DNA of 64,000 nucleotides from Eubacteriales bacterium. Lineage in GTDB: Bacteria; Bacillota; Clostridia; Oscillospirales; CAG-272. Below the pieces are notes generated by a model. That model saw only the letters and a program-made list of their open reading frames with translations. It did not search any database and had not been told where the DNA came from. Numbering within the stretch: the first letter of the stretch is position 1; each line of letters opens with the position of its first letter. The position numbers and the translations under genes were made by a program. The stretch lies in assembly GCA_045653105.1 (NCBI GenBank), contig JAZOLL010000030.1:536-64535 (forward strand), in the 5' to 3' direction. Shown in pieces: positions 35,710-44,652 of the stretch.

Positions 35710-36426
35710 TCAAGAATTTTTATTAACTATTCTGGTCTCTGCCTCGCCGGTAGCTATATCTATATATCTCACGAAGAGGGATACCTTGTTATCCTCATTG
35801 AGATTCTTCCAGATAAGCTCTGTGAGTGCGTCTATCTCCACGTCGGGAAGCTCAAGTGTCTTGGGCTCACCCTCAAAGGAAGGAAGCGGATCGCCATCGC
35901 AGTTATAGGTGTGTATGAACTTTGCTCTTCCCGCGATAGGATTTGAATAAGCGTATGTAAATCTCTCGCAGCTTGAATCATCACCCTCTGCACTCTTGAG
36001 TATCGACATAGCGTAGTTCATATCGCCGCCCTCAAGGTGTATGATACCCGAAATACGAGGTGTGAAGTTGGGCTTGTCATCCTCAAACTCACGGGTTCTG
36101 AGCGCCTGCTCAAATGTCATCTGCTTGTCCATGAGATCGTATATCGTATCGGTCTGGTCACCGTTTGTAACTATAGTCTTGTTTCCAAGAACTCTTACGG
36201 GATAATAGATGATGAGATGTGGGTCTACCATCTTGGATTCGTCAAACGCCTTTGTACGCATTGCATCGCCCTCGGCAACGAATACGCGGTTGCGGCTGTT
36301 AACGCTTCTGCCCATAATAAAGTATGCTGTTACTGCCTTTTTTCCGTCGGCACTCTTGCCGATAATAATACCTCTGCCGTGATAAGCGAGAGAATTGAGC
36401 TCGTTTGCAATAGTTGAAACCTTCAT
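35710..36426 (-). CDS. IMP cyclohydrolase, PurO-like (archaeal-type family)
   Basis: YHGRGIIIGKSADGKKAVTAYFIMGRSVNSRNRVF matches the IMP_cyclohyd family signature. It sits in the pur operon beside AICARFT. Confidence 0.85.
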   Translation of the reverse strand: MKVSTIANELNSLAYHGRGIIIGKSADGKKAVTAYFIMGRSVNSRNRVFVAEGDAMRTKAFDESKMVDPHLIIYYPVRVLGNKTIVTNGDQTDTIYDLMDKQMTFEQALRTREFEDDKPNFTPRISGIIHLEGGDMNYAMSILKSAEGDDSSCERFTYAYSNPIAGRAKFIHTYNCDGDPLPSFEGEPKTLELPDVEIDALTELIWKNLNEDNKVSLFVRYIDIATGEAETRIVNKNS

Positions 36427-36444
36427 CGTTTTATCTCCTTCGTA

Positions 36445-37074
36445 TCAGTCAATATATACCTTGTTATCCTTAACCGTTATCCTGTCAAGGCAGAAAAGAC
36501 GTACCGCCTCGGGAAGTATCTCCCATTCCGCCTCAACCATTATTCTCTTCTGGAGCTCCTCGGGTGTGTCTCCCTGCTTTACCTCAACTGCTCTTTGCAG
36601 TATTATAGGTCCTGCATCGCACTCGGGGGTTACGATATGTACTGTCGCGCCCGAAACGCGAACGCCCTTCTCAAGCGCTGCCTCGTGAACACGAAGTCCG
36701 TAGTATCCCTTTCCGCAGAAGGAGGGAATGAGTGCGGGGTGAACGTTTATTATTCTGTTTGGGAAAGCCTCGTACATCTGCTCGTCTATGATAGTCAGAA
36801 ATCCTGCGAGCACCACGAGATCGATCTCCTCTCTAAGAAGTCTGTCTCTGAGTGCGCGCGAGTACTCGGCAACGTCCGCGAAATCACGGCGTGATATCAC
36901 CGCAGAGGGTATTCCCGCATTCTTTGCTCTCTCAAGCGCGTAAACATCGGGCTTTGAGGAAAGAACCAAAGCTATACGGCTCTCGCCAAAGCTTCCCTTG
37001 TTCTGCGCGTCTATCAGCGCCTGAAGGTTAGTTCCGCCTCCCGACACCAAGACCGCTATTTTCTTAACTCCCAT
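36445..37074 (-). CDS. purN: Phosphoribosylglycinamide formyltransferase
   Basis: IAVLVSGGGTNLQALID, NVHPALIP and HIVTPECDAGPII motifs. The start overlaps the purM stop (TAATG). Confidence 0.92.
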   Translation of the reverse strand: MGVKKIAVLVSGGGTNLQALIDAQNKGSFGESRIALVLSSKPDVYALERAKNAGIPSAVISRRDFADVAEYSRALRDRLLREEIDLVVLAGFLTIIDEQMYEAFPNRIINVHPALIPSFCGKGYYGLRVHEAALEKGVRVSGATVHIVTPECDAGPIILQRAVEVKQGDTPEELQKRIMVEAEWEILPEAVRLFCLDRITVKDNKVYID

Positions 37075-38114
37075 TAGCAGAACACCACGCCTTCGTCGCC
37101 CTTTACGATCTCGCCGATAACGTAAGCATTCTCTCCGTTTGCTCTGAGGATCTCAAGTGCTGTGTCGACATCCTTTGCCGCAACTGTGATGCTCATACCA
37201 ACGCCCATGTTGTAGGTGTTGAACATATCTCTCTCCGGAATGTTGCCGCGCTTTGCGATAAGATCAAAGATCGGAAGCACCTTAACCGCGTCTCTCTTGA
37301 TCTTTGCGGTATATCCCTTAGGAAGCGCTCTCGGAATGTTCTCGTAGAAACCGCCGCCTGTGATGTGGCTGATTCCCTTTACGTTTACCTTTTCAAGGAG
37401 AGCGAGCACGCTCTTAACGTAAATTCTGGTAGGTGTAAGAAGCGTCTCAGCAACGCTTGCTCCACCGAGCTCCTCGCAGGGTACGTAGAGATCTGCGGGG
37501 TTGTTGTCTATATCAAAGACCTTTCTGCAAAGAGAGAATCCGTTAGAGTGGATCCCGCTGGAAGCGAGCGCAATAACAACGTCGCCCTCCTCGGTCTTTT
37601 CATTGTCGAGTATCTTTTTCTTGTCAACGATACCAACAGCAAAGCCTGCGAGGTCATACTCCTCCACGGGCATCATGCCGGGATGCTCTGCTGTCTCACC
37701 GCCGATAAGCGCCGCGCCGGACTGAACGCAACCCTCGGCAACACCGCCAACGATAGCAGCGATCTTTTCGGGAATGTTCTTTCCGCAAGCGATGTAATCA
37801 AGGAAGAAGAGGGGCTTTGCGCCGCAGCAGATGATGTCGTTTACACACATTGCGACCGCGTCGATTCCTATTGTGTCATGCTTGTCCATGAGTATCGCCA
37901 TCTTTACCTTTGTTCCGCATCCGTCAGTACCGGATACGAGTACGGGCTCTTCATATCCTGTGGGAAGACCGAAGCATCCGCCAAATCCTCCAACGTCGTC
38001 AAGACAGCCCTCGTTCTTTGTTCTCGCGATATGAGCCTTCATAAGCTCGACCGACTTGTAGCCCGCGGTTATATCAACTCCCGCTGCCTTATAGCTCTCA
38101 CTGTAACTTTTCAT
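37074..38114 (-). CDS. purM: Phosphoribosylformylglycinamidine cyclo-ligase (AIR synthetase)
   Basis: Start ATG 38114 (MKSYSESYKAAGVDI). DGCGTK and GGETAEHPG motifs. The track extension to 38258 overlaps purE. Confidence 0.92.
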   Translation of the reverse strand: MKSYSESYKAAGVDITAGYKSVELMKAHIARTKNEGCLDDVGGFGGCFGLPTGYEEPVLVSGTDGCGTKVKMAILMDKHDTIGIDAVAMCVNDIICCGAKPLFFLDYIACGKNIPEKIAAIVGGVAEGCVQSGAALIGGETAEHPGMMPVEEYDLAGFAVGIVDKKKILDNEKTEEGDVVIALASSGIHSNGFSLCRKVFDIDNNPADLYVPCEELGGASVAETLLTPTRIYVKSVLALLEKVNVKGISHITGGGFYENIPRALPKGYTAKIKRDAVKVLPIFDLIAKRGNIPERDMFNTYNMGVGMSITVAAKDVDTALEILRANGENAYVIGEIVKGDEGVVFC

Positions 38115-38148
38115 CTTGTTCCCTGACCTTTCTATGTCGTTATATTTT

Positions 38149-38643
38149 TTATTTATTAAACTTTTCTTCGATAGCGCGGTTCTTCTCGAGCACCTTTTCC
38201 GCTCCCGCCTTGCGTGCCGCGTCAAGCTTTGCGGCAAGAGCCTCGTCGGTAACGGCAAGGATCTGAATTGCTATGAGTGCCGCGTTAGCCGCACCGTCTA
38301 TAGCAACGGTTGCAACCGGAATGCCTGTAGGCATCTGAACTGTGGAGAGAAGCGCGTCCATTCCGTCAAGATTTTTGGACTTGACCGGGATTCCTATAAC
38401 GGGAAGTGTGGTGTTAGCCGCAACAGCACCTGCAAGGTGAGCAGCCATTCCCGCTGCCGCTATGATAGCGCCAAATCCGTTCTCTCTCGCGTTTGCGGAG
38501 AACTCTTTTGCCTCTACGGGGGTTCTGTGTGCGGAGTATACGTGCACCTCGTAAGGAACACCGTATTCAACCAAAGTGTTTATCGCCTTTTCAACGATAG
38601 GGAGATCGCTGTCGCTACCCATAAGAATTCCGATTTTTTTCAT
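38149..38643 (-). CDS. purE: 5-(carboxyamino)imidazole ribonucleotide mutase
   Basis: Start ATG 38643 after GGAGG. GILMGSDSDLP and SAHRTP motifs. Confidence 0.92.
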   Translation of the reverse strand: MKKIGILMGSDSDLPIVEKAINTLVEYGVPYEVHVYSAHRTPVEAKEFSANARENGFGAIIAAAGMAAHLAGAVAANTTLPVIGIPVKSKNLDGMDALLSTVQMPTGIPVATVAIDGAANAALIAIQILAVTDEALAAKLDAARKAGAEKVLEKNRAIEEKFNK

Positions 38644-38656
38644 ATTATCCTCCAAG

Positions 38657-38697
38657 TAAAATAAAATAAGCAGTCCTATCCCATACGGAAGGACTGC
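38657..38697 (-). terminator. Riboswitch-controlled intrinsic terminator in the pur leader
   Basis: Minus strand GCAGTCCT / AGGACTGC stem followed by TTATTTTATTTT. The 5' arm overlaps the CCTGGGCAG pseudoknot element of the ZTP aptamer. Confidence 0.8.
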
Positions 38698-38768
38698 CCA
38701 GGCGGTCGGCAATATAATTCTCTGCTTCCGCGTGGTCCGTTCCACTAATCCGCCGGTTACAGAAAACC
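38692..38768 (-). promoter_or_regulatory. ZTP (pfl-motif) riboswitch
   Basis: Minus strand ACCGGCGGATTAGTGGAACGGACCACGCGGAAGC ...linker... GCCGACCGCCTGGGCAG. This matches the conserved GGCGGA / GUGG-CCAC / GGAAG core and the CCGACCGCCUGGGC 3' subdomain of ZTP riboswitches. Confidence 0.85.
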
Positions 38769-38799
38769 TGCAAGTTTTCTTGCTTTTTTCTCTCTCTAG

Positions 38800-38828
38800 A
38801 TTATATCATAAACAACAATAATTGTCAA
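38800..38828 (-). promoter_or_regulatory. SigA-type promoter of the pur operon
   Basis: Minus strand TTGACA (38823-38828), 17 nt spacer, TGA-TATAAT (38800-38805). Confidence 0.8.
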
Positions 38829-38860
38829 CAACGCTTTTCACTCTGAAAGCAAATTTTTCG

Positions 38861-38905
38861 ACAAAAAGAAGCGTGTGATTTGTGGCAAATCCACAAATCA
38901 CACGC
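38861..38905 (-). terminator. Rho-independent terminator after the 189 aa lipoprotein gene
   Basis: 15 bp stem GCGTGTGATTTGTGG / CCACAAATCACACGC followed on the minus strand by TTCTTTTTGT. Confidence 0.85.
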
Positions 38906-38920
38906 TGTATAAAATTCTTA

Positions 38921-39490
38921 TTATTTTGCAGCCTTGAGAGATGCAAAAACAGTGTCAACGACATCGTCCGCATCTACCGACTCGGTAACTGTTACAGTAT
39001 AGGTGCGATCGCCTATAGTAGTGACATACTGAGTCTGATTCATAACCGCAGAAGTGCTGGTCAGTGTAGTCTTAAAAGAAAATACTCTGACCGAAAGTCC
39101 GTTAGTCTTCTTGTTAGCGGCAGTGACGTTGGATATAGACATGCCGAGTGAAGCATACGCCTCGTTCATTGCCTCCTCAAACTCATCCGCAGAGAGTGTG
39201 TCATACACGGTGGTCTTTGCCTCGTAAACAACGTTTATGTTGTTTGTGGAGTCAGTATCCTTAAACATAACTATGCTTCCGTCCTGCTTTGTCCAGTCCT
39301 CGGGATAAGCAAAGGATATCTTACCATCGGAGTAAACTTTGTAGCCGTCCGGGAGAGATGTGGTAGTTGTTGTTTTCTTGGAATCGTCATCATCCTTCTT
39401 CGAGCCATCATCAGTATCGCAAGCGACAAAGAGAGTAGCCATTGAGAGAATAAGGATCAAGCATACAAAAATCGATAAAAATCTTTTCAT
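38921..39490 (-). CDS. Hypothetical secreted lipoprotein (possibly PsbP/DcrB-like fold)
   Basis: Lipobox FVAC, D/K/T-rich linker, and an FAYPEDW motif resembling DUF1795/PsbP-like proteins. It has its own promoter. Confidence 0.7.
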   Translation of the reverse strand: MKRFLSIFVCLILILSMATLFVACDTDDGSKKDDDDSKKTTTTTSLPDGYKVYSDGKISFAYPEDWTKQDGSIVMFKDTDSTNNINVVYEAKTTVYDTLSADEFEEAMNEAYASLGMSISNVTAANKKTNGLSVRVFSFKTTLTSTSAVMNQTQYVTTIGDRTYTVTVTESVDADDVVDTVFASLKAAK

Positions 39491-39528
39491 AATATCCTCC
39501 TTTAGTTTATAGGGTTTCCCGTAAATTC

Positions 39529-39557
39529 ATTATACACAAAACCGTCTAAGTTGTCAA
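39529..39557 (-). promoter_or_regulatory. SigA-type promoter of the lipoprotein gene
   Basis: Minus strand TTGACA (39552-39557), 17 nt spacer, TGTG-TATAAT (39529-39534). Confidence 0.75.
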
Positions 39558-39571
39558 TAGCAAAAAACTCG

Positions 39572-40120
39572 CTATATATTTTCAGTGAACCTTGAGTGCT
39601 CTTTTCCTAAAATTCTCGAGAGGGGATATATCAAAAGAATGCCGAAAATAAGGTTTCCAATACCCTGATAAATATCCGCCGTAATAAAGCCAACGCTCCA
39701 CCACATTTTGAGAAACGCAGGGTCCGAGCTGATAAATATCGCCTGTACGGGAAGATAGAGCACTCCAAACAAAAAGCCGTGAAGTGAGCATATCGCCACA
39801 TGGAAAACAAGCTTTGCCTTTTTGCCGAGATTTTGAGGCACAAGCATCGTAGCGCCCCAAAGGATCGTCCAGATATAAAGATATCCGATCCACCAAGGGC
39901 CAAATCCCGCAAAAAGCCCGTTTAAAAAAGCGTAAATGTATATCGGGATCAGCGCATACCACCTGTAAACTATCGTGTAAACCACCACGAGCGCGCCAAC
40001 CATGTGAACGTTTGGCAAAAACTCCATCATAATGTCGGATATGTACATTATCGCTCCGAGCATCGTGCAGACCAAAAGCATTATAAGGCGCAAAAGCGAG
40101 CGTCTTCTATGTACTGACAT
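39572..40120 (-). CDS. Small polytopic membrane protein, ECF-transporter S-component-like (candidate corrinoid or precursor transporter)
   Basis: 182 aa with about 6 TM segments, 4 nt downstream of the DUF4430 gene and under the cobalamin riboswitch. The family call is tentative. Confidence 0.6.
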   Translation of the reverse strand: MSVHRRRSLLRLIMLLVCTMLGAIMYISDIMMEFLPNVHMVGALVVVYTIVYRWYALIPIYIYAFLNGLFAGFGPWWIGYLYIWTILWGATMLVPQNLGKKAKLVFHVAICSLHGFLFGVLYLPVQAIFISSDPAFLKMWWSVGFITADIYQGIGNLIFGILLIYPLSRILGKEHSRFTENI

Positions 40121-40124
40121 ATTA

Positions 40125-40577
40125 TTACTCAGCCTTAAAAGCGTACACCTTACCCACCTCTATCTCGGTGGAGTCCACTCCCTTTGGGGCATATTCGCCG
40201 TCAACGTAAAAAGCCCAGTATTTGCCGTCGGTATCGTAGTCGAGTCTCTCGCCGTCAACGACCTTTACGTAAAGACCGAACGCGCCGTCCTCACCCGAGA
40301 TAAGTTCCGCGTCCTGCAAAGCCTCGCCTACTACCGTCTTGTTTGTCTTGACGGTATAGATCTTTTCCTCACCCGACCTTGTTATCACCTTGAATGTGAA
40401 CTGTGTATTACCCTCACCGCGAACATTTGAACCATCGGGATCTCCCAATGTCGTGATCTCGGGGCTTTGCGGTTCGTTTTCATTTTTGTCACAGCCAACA
40501 ACTGAAAGTGCTATCGCCGCAGAAAGCACGAGCAGAAGAAGAAGTGACAAGATTTTCATCGTTCTTGTTTTTTTCAT
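40125..40577 (-). CDS. DUF4430-domain lipoprotein (transcobalamin-like beta domain)
   Basis: Lipobox VVGC. C-terminal KYWAFYVDGEYAPKGVDSTEIEVGKVYAFKA resembles the DUF4430 W-x-Y-x-V-N-G ... GD motif. RBS AAGGAG upstream. Confidence 0.75.
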   Translation of the reverse strand: MKKTRTMKILSLLLLLVLSAAIALSVVGCDKNENEPQSPEITTLGDPDGSNVRGEGNTQFTFKVITRSGEEKIYTVKTNKTVVGEALQDAELISGEDGAFGLYVKVVDGERLDYDTDGKYWAFYVDGEYAPKGVDSTEIEVGKVYAFKAE

Positions 40578-40699
40578 TTTCTTTTTCTCCTTGTTTTTTG
40601 TTTTTCTGTGTCATTCTCTCGGTTTCCCGACGTCGGTGCGTGCGACAAAGACATGACGGTGTGGGCAGGTATTTCGACTACACGGCAAAAGCAAAAATG

Positions 40700-40845
40700 C
40701 AACGTGAGGTGCCGTCTTCTCAGGGTTTTCCCCAATGACAAACGGTACTTGCGGCAGTACCGCGGCCCCTCGCTCACCGCTCACGGCGACACGCTCGTAC
40801 AGGAATCTCACCTGTTTCCGGTTTAAGCTCAATTGAGCACCCACA
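40700..40845 (-). promoter_or_regulatory. Cobalamin (B12) riboswitch
   Basis: Minus strand TTAAACCGGAAACAGGTGAGATTCCTGTACGAGCGTGTCGCCGTGAGCGG (core) ... GTCATTGGGGAAAACCCTGAGAAGACGGCACC (B12-box-like CCCUGAGAAGACGGC). Located between the promoter and the DUF4430 gene. Confidence 0.8.
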
Positions 40846-40851
40846 AAAGAG

Positions 40852-40881
40852 ATTATAGCATATTTTCGCCCGAATTGTCAA
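40852..40881 (-). promoter_or_regulatory. SigA-type promoter of the B12-riboswitch operon
   Basis: Minus strand TTGACA (40876-40881), 18 nt spacer, TGC-TATAAT (40852-40857). Confidence 0.75.
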
Positions 40882-40960
40882 TTCAAATCGACATATTATC
40901 TTGGATATTCCTCTCATATCTGCAAATAATAATTTTAAAACATACCGAAAGGAGTCTTTT

Positions 40961-42268
40961 ATGACAAAACCGCAGATAGTCAAATGCTGCGCGAGGGAGA
41001 TCCTCGACTCGCGCGGAACACCGACGCTTGAAGCATCGGTATTTCTAAACGACGGCACGGTAGGGGTAGCAAGCGTTCCGTCGGGGGCATCAACAGGAAT
41101 ATACGAAGCACACGAAAAACGCGACGGAGATCCCGCCCGCTTTGGCGGCCGTGGTGTGACCGAGGCGGTGACGGGAGTATGCCGCACTATATCCCCCGCC
41201 CTCTCGGGAGTGAGCGCCGCAGAGCAGTACGAGGTAGATAAGCTGCTCATTCGTCTTGACGGAACAGCCGACAAATCAAAGCTTGGCGCCAACGCGATAC
41301 TCGCGGTCTCCTTGGCAACGGCACGCGCCGCGGCAAACTGGTATCACGTTCCCCTCTACAAATATCTGGGCGGCACAGACACCCACCGTCTCCCCGTCCC
41401 TATGATGAATATCATAAACGGAGGCGCGCACGCGGCAAACAACATCGAGATTCAGGAATTTATGATAGTCCCCGTGGGATGCCGCAGCTTCTCCGAGGCT
41501 ATGAGAGCAGGCTCTGAGATATACTCCGCCCTAGGCAAGATACTGAAGAGCCGAGGATACGCGACGACAGTCGGTGACGAGGGAGGCTACGCACCCGATC
41601 TTCAAAGCGACGAGGAGGCTATCGAGCTGATAATCTCAGCTATCGAAAAGGCGGGGTATTCAAAGGAATCCGTGATGATCGCGCTTGATGCCGCGGCATC
41701 CGAATGGTATGCCGAGGAGGGCGCTTATCTTATGCCAAAAAGCGGGAAAAAGCGTACTCGCGAAGAGCTTATCGAGTACTGGTGCTCCCTATGTGAAAAG
41801 TACCCGATAATGTCTATCGAGGACGCGCTTGACCAGCGAGATTTTGATGGCTGGCACACGCTCACCGAAAAGCTCGGCAAAAAGATAATGCTCGTCGGTG
41901 ACGATCTTTTCGTCACTAACACAGAGCGTCTCAGACGCGGCATTGAGCGAGGCGCGGCAAACTCTATCCTTATAAAGCCGAACCAGATCGGCACGCTCAG
42001 CGAGACCCTTGAAGTGATACACACCGCAAAGGAGGCGGGCTACAGATTTATAATCTCGCACCGAAGCGGTGAGACCGAGGACACCACAATCGCCGACATC
42101 GCGGTGGCGACCTGTGCCCCATTTATAAAGTCGGGCGCGCCCTGCCGAAGCGAGCGAGTTGCGAAATACAACCGTCTGCTCCGCATTGAATCCGCGCTCA
42201 ACAGCGGCGCTCGCTTTGGCTTTGCGGACATGCCAAAGGCTGTGGCAAAAGATATATTTAAAGCATAA
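40961..42268 (+). CDS. eno: Enolase (phosphopyruvate hydratase)
   Basis: Start ATG 40961 after [31 protein letters not shown] and [12 protein letters not shown] motifs. Confidence 0.95.
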   Translation: MTKPQIVKCCAREILDSRGTPTLEASVFLNDGTVGVASVPSGASTGIYEAHEKRDGDPARFGGRGVTEAVTGVCRTISPALSGVSAAEQYEVDKLLIRLDGTADKSKLGANAILAVSLATARAAANWYHVPLYKYLGGTDTHRLPVPMMNIINGGAHAANNIEIQEFMIVPVGCRSFSEAMRAGSEIYSALGKILKSRGYATTVGDEGGYAPDLQSDEEAIELIISAIEKAGYSKESVMIALDAAASEWYAEEGAYLMPKSGKKRTREELIEYWCSLCEKYPIMSIEDALDQRDFDGWHTLTEKLGKKIMLVGDDLFVTNTERLRRGIERGAANSILIKPNQIGTLSETLEVIHTAKEAGYRFIISHRSGETEDTTIADIAVATCAPFIKSGAPCRSERVAKYNRLLRIESALNSGARFGFADMPKAVAKDIFKA

Positions 42269-42306
42269 AAAAGCACTCCGTCGGGGTATCCCGACGGAGT
42301 GCTTTT
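42267..42306. terminator. Bidirectional terminator between eno and deoC
   Basis: 13 bp stem GCACTCCGTCGGG / CCCGACGGAGTGC flanked by an A-run and a T-run. Confidence 0.85.
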
Positions 42307-42313
42307 ATCGTTA

Positions 42314-42964
42314 TCAATTATTTTTCATCAGCTTTACAAGTGCGCTCGTTCCGAGACGGTCAGCACCGAGGGATACAAATTTCTCAGCATCCTCAAAGGA
42401 ACGAATTCCTCCTGCCGCCTTGATCTTCTTGGACTTGTCGGTATATTTCGCGAAAAGCTCAATATCCTCAAAGGTCGCGCCACCTCCCGCAAAGCCCGTG
42501 GAGGTCTTTATATAGTCCGCGTCGGACTTCGACACGATCTCGCACATCTTGATCTTCTCCTCCTCGGTGAGCACGCAGGTCTCGATTATGACCTTGAGGA
42601 GCTTGCCCGAGCAGGCTTCCTTGATAGCGTTTATCTCGGAGAGTATCTCATCGTATTTCTTATCCTTGAGCCAACCGATATTTATCACCATATCTATCTC
42701 GTCAGCGCCATTTGCCACCGCCTCGCGGGTCTCCGCGCACTTGACGGCAGTGGTGTTATATCCGTTTGGAAAGCCTATTACCGTGCAAACGGGAAGTCTG
42801 CCCGCAAGGTATTCTGCCGCGTCCTTAACGTAGTTCGGGGGTATGCAGACAGATGCGGTCTTATATGTGAGAGCATCGTCGCAAAGTGCCTTTATCCCAT
42901 CCCAAGTAGCATCACGGGAAAGGAGCGTATGGTCGACAAGCGCAAGTATCTTTTCCTTGTTCAT
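42314..42964 (-). CDS. deoC: Deoxyribose-phosphate aldolase
   Basis: LVDHTLL and the Schiff-base region DYIKTSTGF. 216 aa. Confidence 0.92.
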   Translation of the reverse strand: MNKEKILALVDHTLLSRDATWDGIKALCDDALTYKTASVCIPPNYVKDAAEYLAGRLPVCTVIGFPNGYNTTAVKCAETREAVANGADEIDMVINIGWLKDKKYDEILSEINAIKEACSGKLLKVIIETCVLTEEEKIKMCEIVSKSDADYIKTSTGFAGGGATFEDIELFAKYTDKSKKIKAAGGIRSFEDAEKFVSLGADRLGTSALVKLMKNN

Positions 42965-42975
42965 ACCGCCCTCCG

Positions 42976-44631
42976 TTACTGATTTGTGTACACGAAGCTG
43001 ACTATCTGCTTTATGCCCGCGATCTCTGTCTCAAGATAATTTACCGTGAGCTGATCGCCGACAGATACGAGAACCATCTGCTCGTTTGCCGCAACGCTCT
43101 GCTTATATACGACACCTGTCGCGTCGGTGATATATACCCAGGAGTTTCCGTCAATAACGAAGGTGTTTATAGCGGCAACCGTGATCTCTGCGGTCTCATA
43201 TTCATCGGACTCGTCTGCGGGCTTGTCAGGGATATTTTCAATGATTCCGTTCTCACGGAGAAGCTTCAGATATGCCTCCTTAGCCTCCGTCTGGTTGTTG
43301 CCCGTAGCCACGATGCTATAATTTTCAACGTTTACGAGCGCGCAAAGCTTGACGATTCCGCCGCTATCCTTGAGCACCATGATATAGGTAGCTTCACCCG
43401 ATACGTTGATGAGCGACGGGAAGGAAGCGGTGTATCCCTTTTCCTGGACCTCACCCTGCGCCGCCTGCATAGCGGAATACTCCTCAGCACCGATTACGGG
43501 ATAGAACTTGTATTCACCCGTTCTCGCGTTACTGATAATAAATCCGATATTACTCTCGTCAGCGGTTATAGAGGTAACGCCCGTGAAGTACCAAACGTCA
43601 TCGCCGCGAACGATATAACCGAAGTCATCTGTTGTGACCTTGCAGTCCTTATTTCCTATGATACTGTTCCAGTATCCGTTCTTGTACATACCGTACCAGT
43701 TGTACTTCTCTGTCGCGAGATATCCGTTGAACACGTTGTCGACCCAAGAGGGTGTGCTGTCAACAGAGTAGAGCTCGGACGAGCCGTCAACAGGGTTAAA
43801 TATTATGACCTCATTTACGTCCATAGCACCGAAAAGTCCGATCTTCGGCATCATACAGGACACGATATAGTAGGGGTTTCCCGCATCGTCTATCTCAAAG
43901 GTTATCTCGTCGAATATCTTTGTGGGATAGTCAAAGCGGAGCTTTCGGAGCAGATTGTCGCCAAAGTACGCGCTCTTTACGTACTTCATAGGCTTCTCAA
44001 ACTTGACGTATTCAGCGTCGCTGTTTACAGGATCTACCTTGATATATCCGGGAACACCGGACGCTCTGTTATTTATCCACTTAAAGAAGTCGGCATACTC
44101 AAGGTTTGTCACCTTTGCGGGTACACCCTTGTAGTTTATCTGTGAGTAATAATCGCCTGCCTGATACTGTGACACAACATCAGAGAGCGCGCCGAGAGTT
44201 CTGTTACCGATTATGGTTGCGGAGCTTGAGTCCATAAGCGCGATGTTGGTGACTGTATCCGTTTCGGGCATATCCTCCTCAAACACAGCCTCGGGAACCT
44301 CAATAATGTTTGAGTAAGCGTGCGCGTTGAAAAGAGTTGAGGATGCGAGCGAGCCGATTATAAGAACCGCTATCGGAATAGCCGCAACTATTATAAATGC
44401 CTTGGCATTTCTAAAAAATCCTCTGTCTATTTTTCCTGCCCTAACTCCGCCTACAGCCCCCTTGAGGCCAAAAAGCGCGTAAGCACCGCCCCAAACGAAT
44501 ATCATCGAGAGCACAAAAGTCCAAAATCCCTTGGAATATACGTTGAGTGCGGGAAGTGAAAAATAAAATGTTGCAAGCGCTATCACAAGCGTCGCAACAG
44601 ACGCAAGGACTATTCTTGTTGTTTTTTTCAT
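42976..44631 (-). CDS. Hypothetical membrane protein with large extracytoplasmic domain
   Basis: Three N-terminal TM segments, then about 450 aa of Y/W/N/G-rich soluble domain. I recognise no family. Good coding statistics, and 11 nt upstream of deoC. Confidence 0.7.
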   Translation of the reverse strand: MKKTTRIVLASVATLVIALATFYFSLPALNVYSKGFWTFVLSMIFVWGGAYALFGLKGAVGGVRAGKIDRGFFRNAKAFIIVAAIPIAVLIIGSLASSTLFNAHAYSNIIEVPEAVFEEDMPETDTVTNIALMDSSSATIIGNRTLGALSDVVSQYQAGDYYSQINYKGVPAKVTNLEYADFFKWINNRASGVPGYIKVDPVNSDAEYVKFEKPMKYVKSAYFGDNLLRKLRFDYPTKIFDEITFEIDDAGNPYYIVSCMMPKIGLFGAMDVNEVIIFNPVDGSSELYSVDSTPSWVDNVFNGYLATEKYNWYGMYKNGYWNSIIGNKDCKVTTDDFGYIVRGDDVWYFTGVTSITADESNIGFIISNARTGEYKFYPVIGAEEYSAMQAAQGEVQEKGYTASFPSLINVSGEATYIMVLKDSGGIVKLCALVNVENYSIVATGNNQTEAKEAYLKLLRENGIIENIPDKPADESDEYETAEITVAAINTFVIDGNSWVYITDATGVVYKQSVAANEQMVLVSVGDQLTVNYLETEIAGIKQIVSFVYTNQ

Positions 44632-44652
44632 GATCTTTCTCCCTTTAGTTAG

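Noticed and set aside
34506-35726. 406 aa ORF antisense to purH. The same pattern is seen at 62128-63240 (antisense to metK), 54560-55840 (antisense to the AMP-ligase), 14548-15699 (antisense to oppD), 10254-11321, 47601-48632, 56859-57875 and 60867-61685.
   Set aside because: All are mirror-frame ORFs of strongly supported genes. They have no translation signals and no family resemblance, so they are treated as non-coding artefacts.
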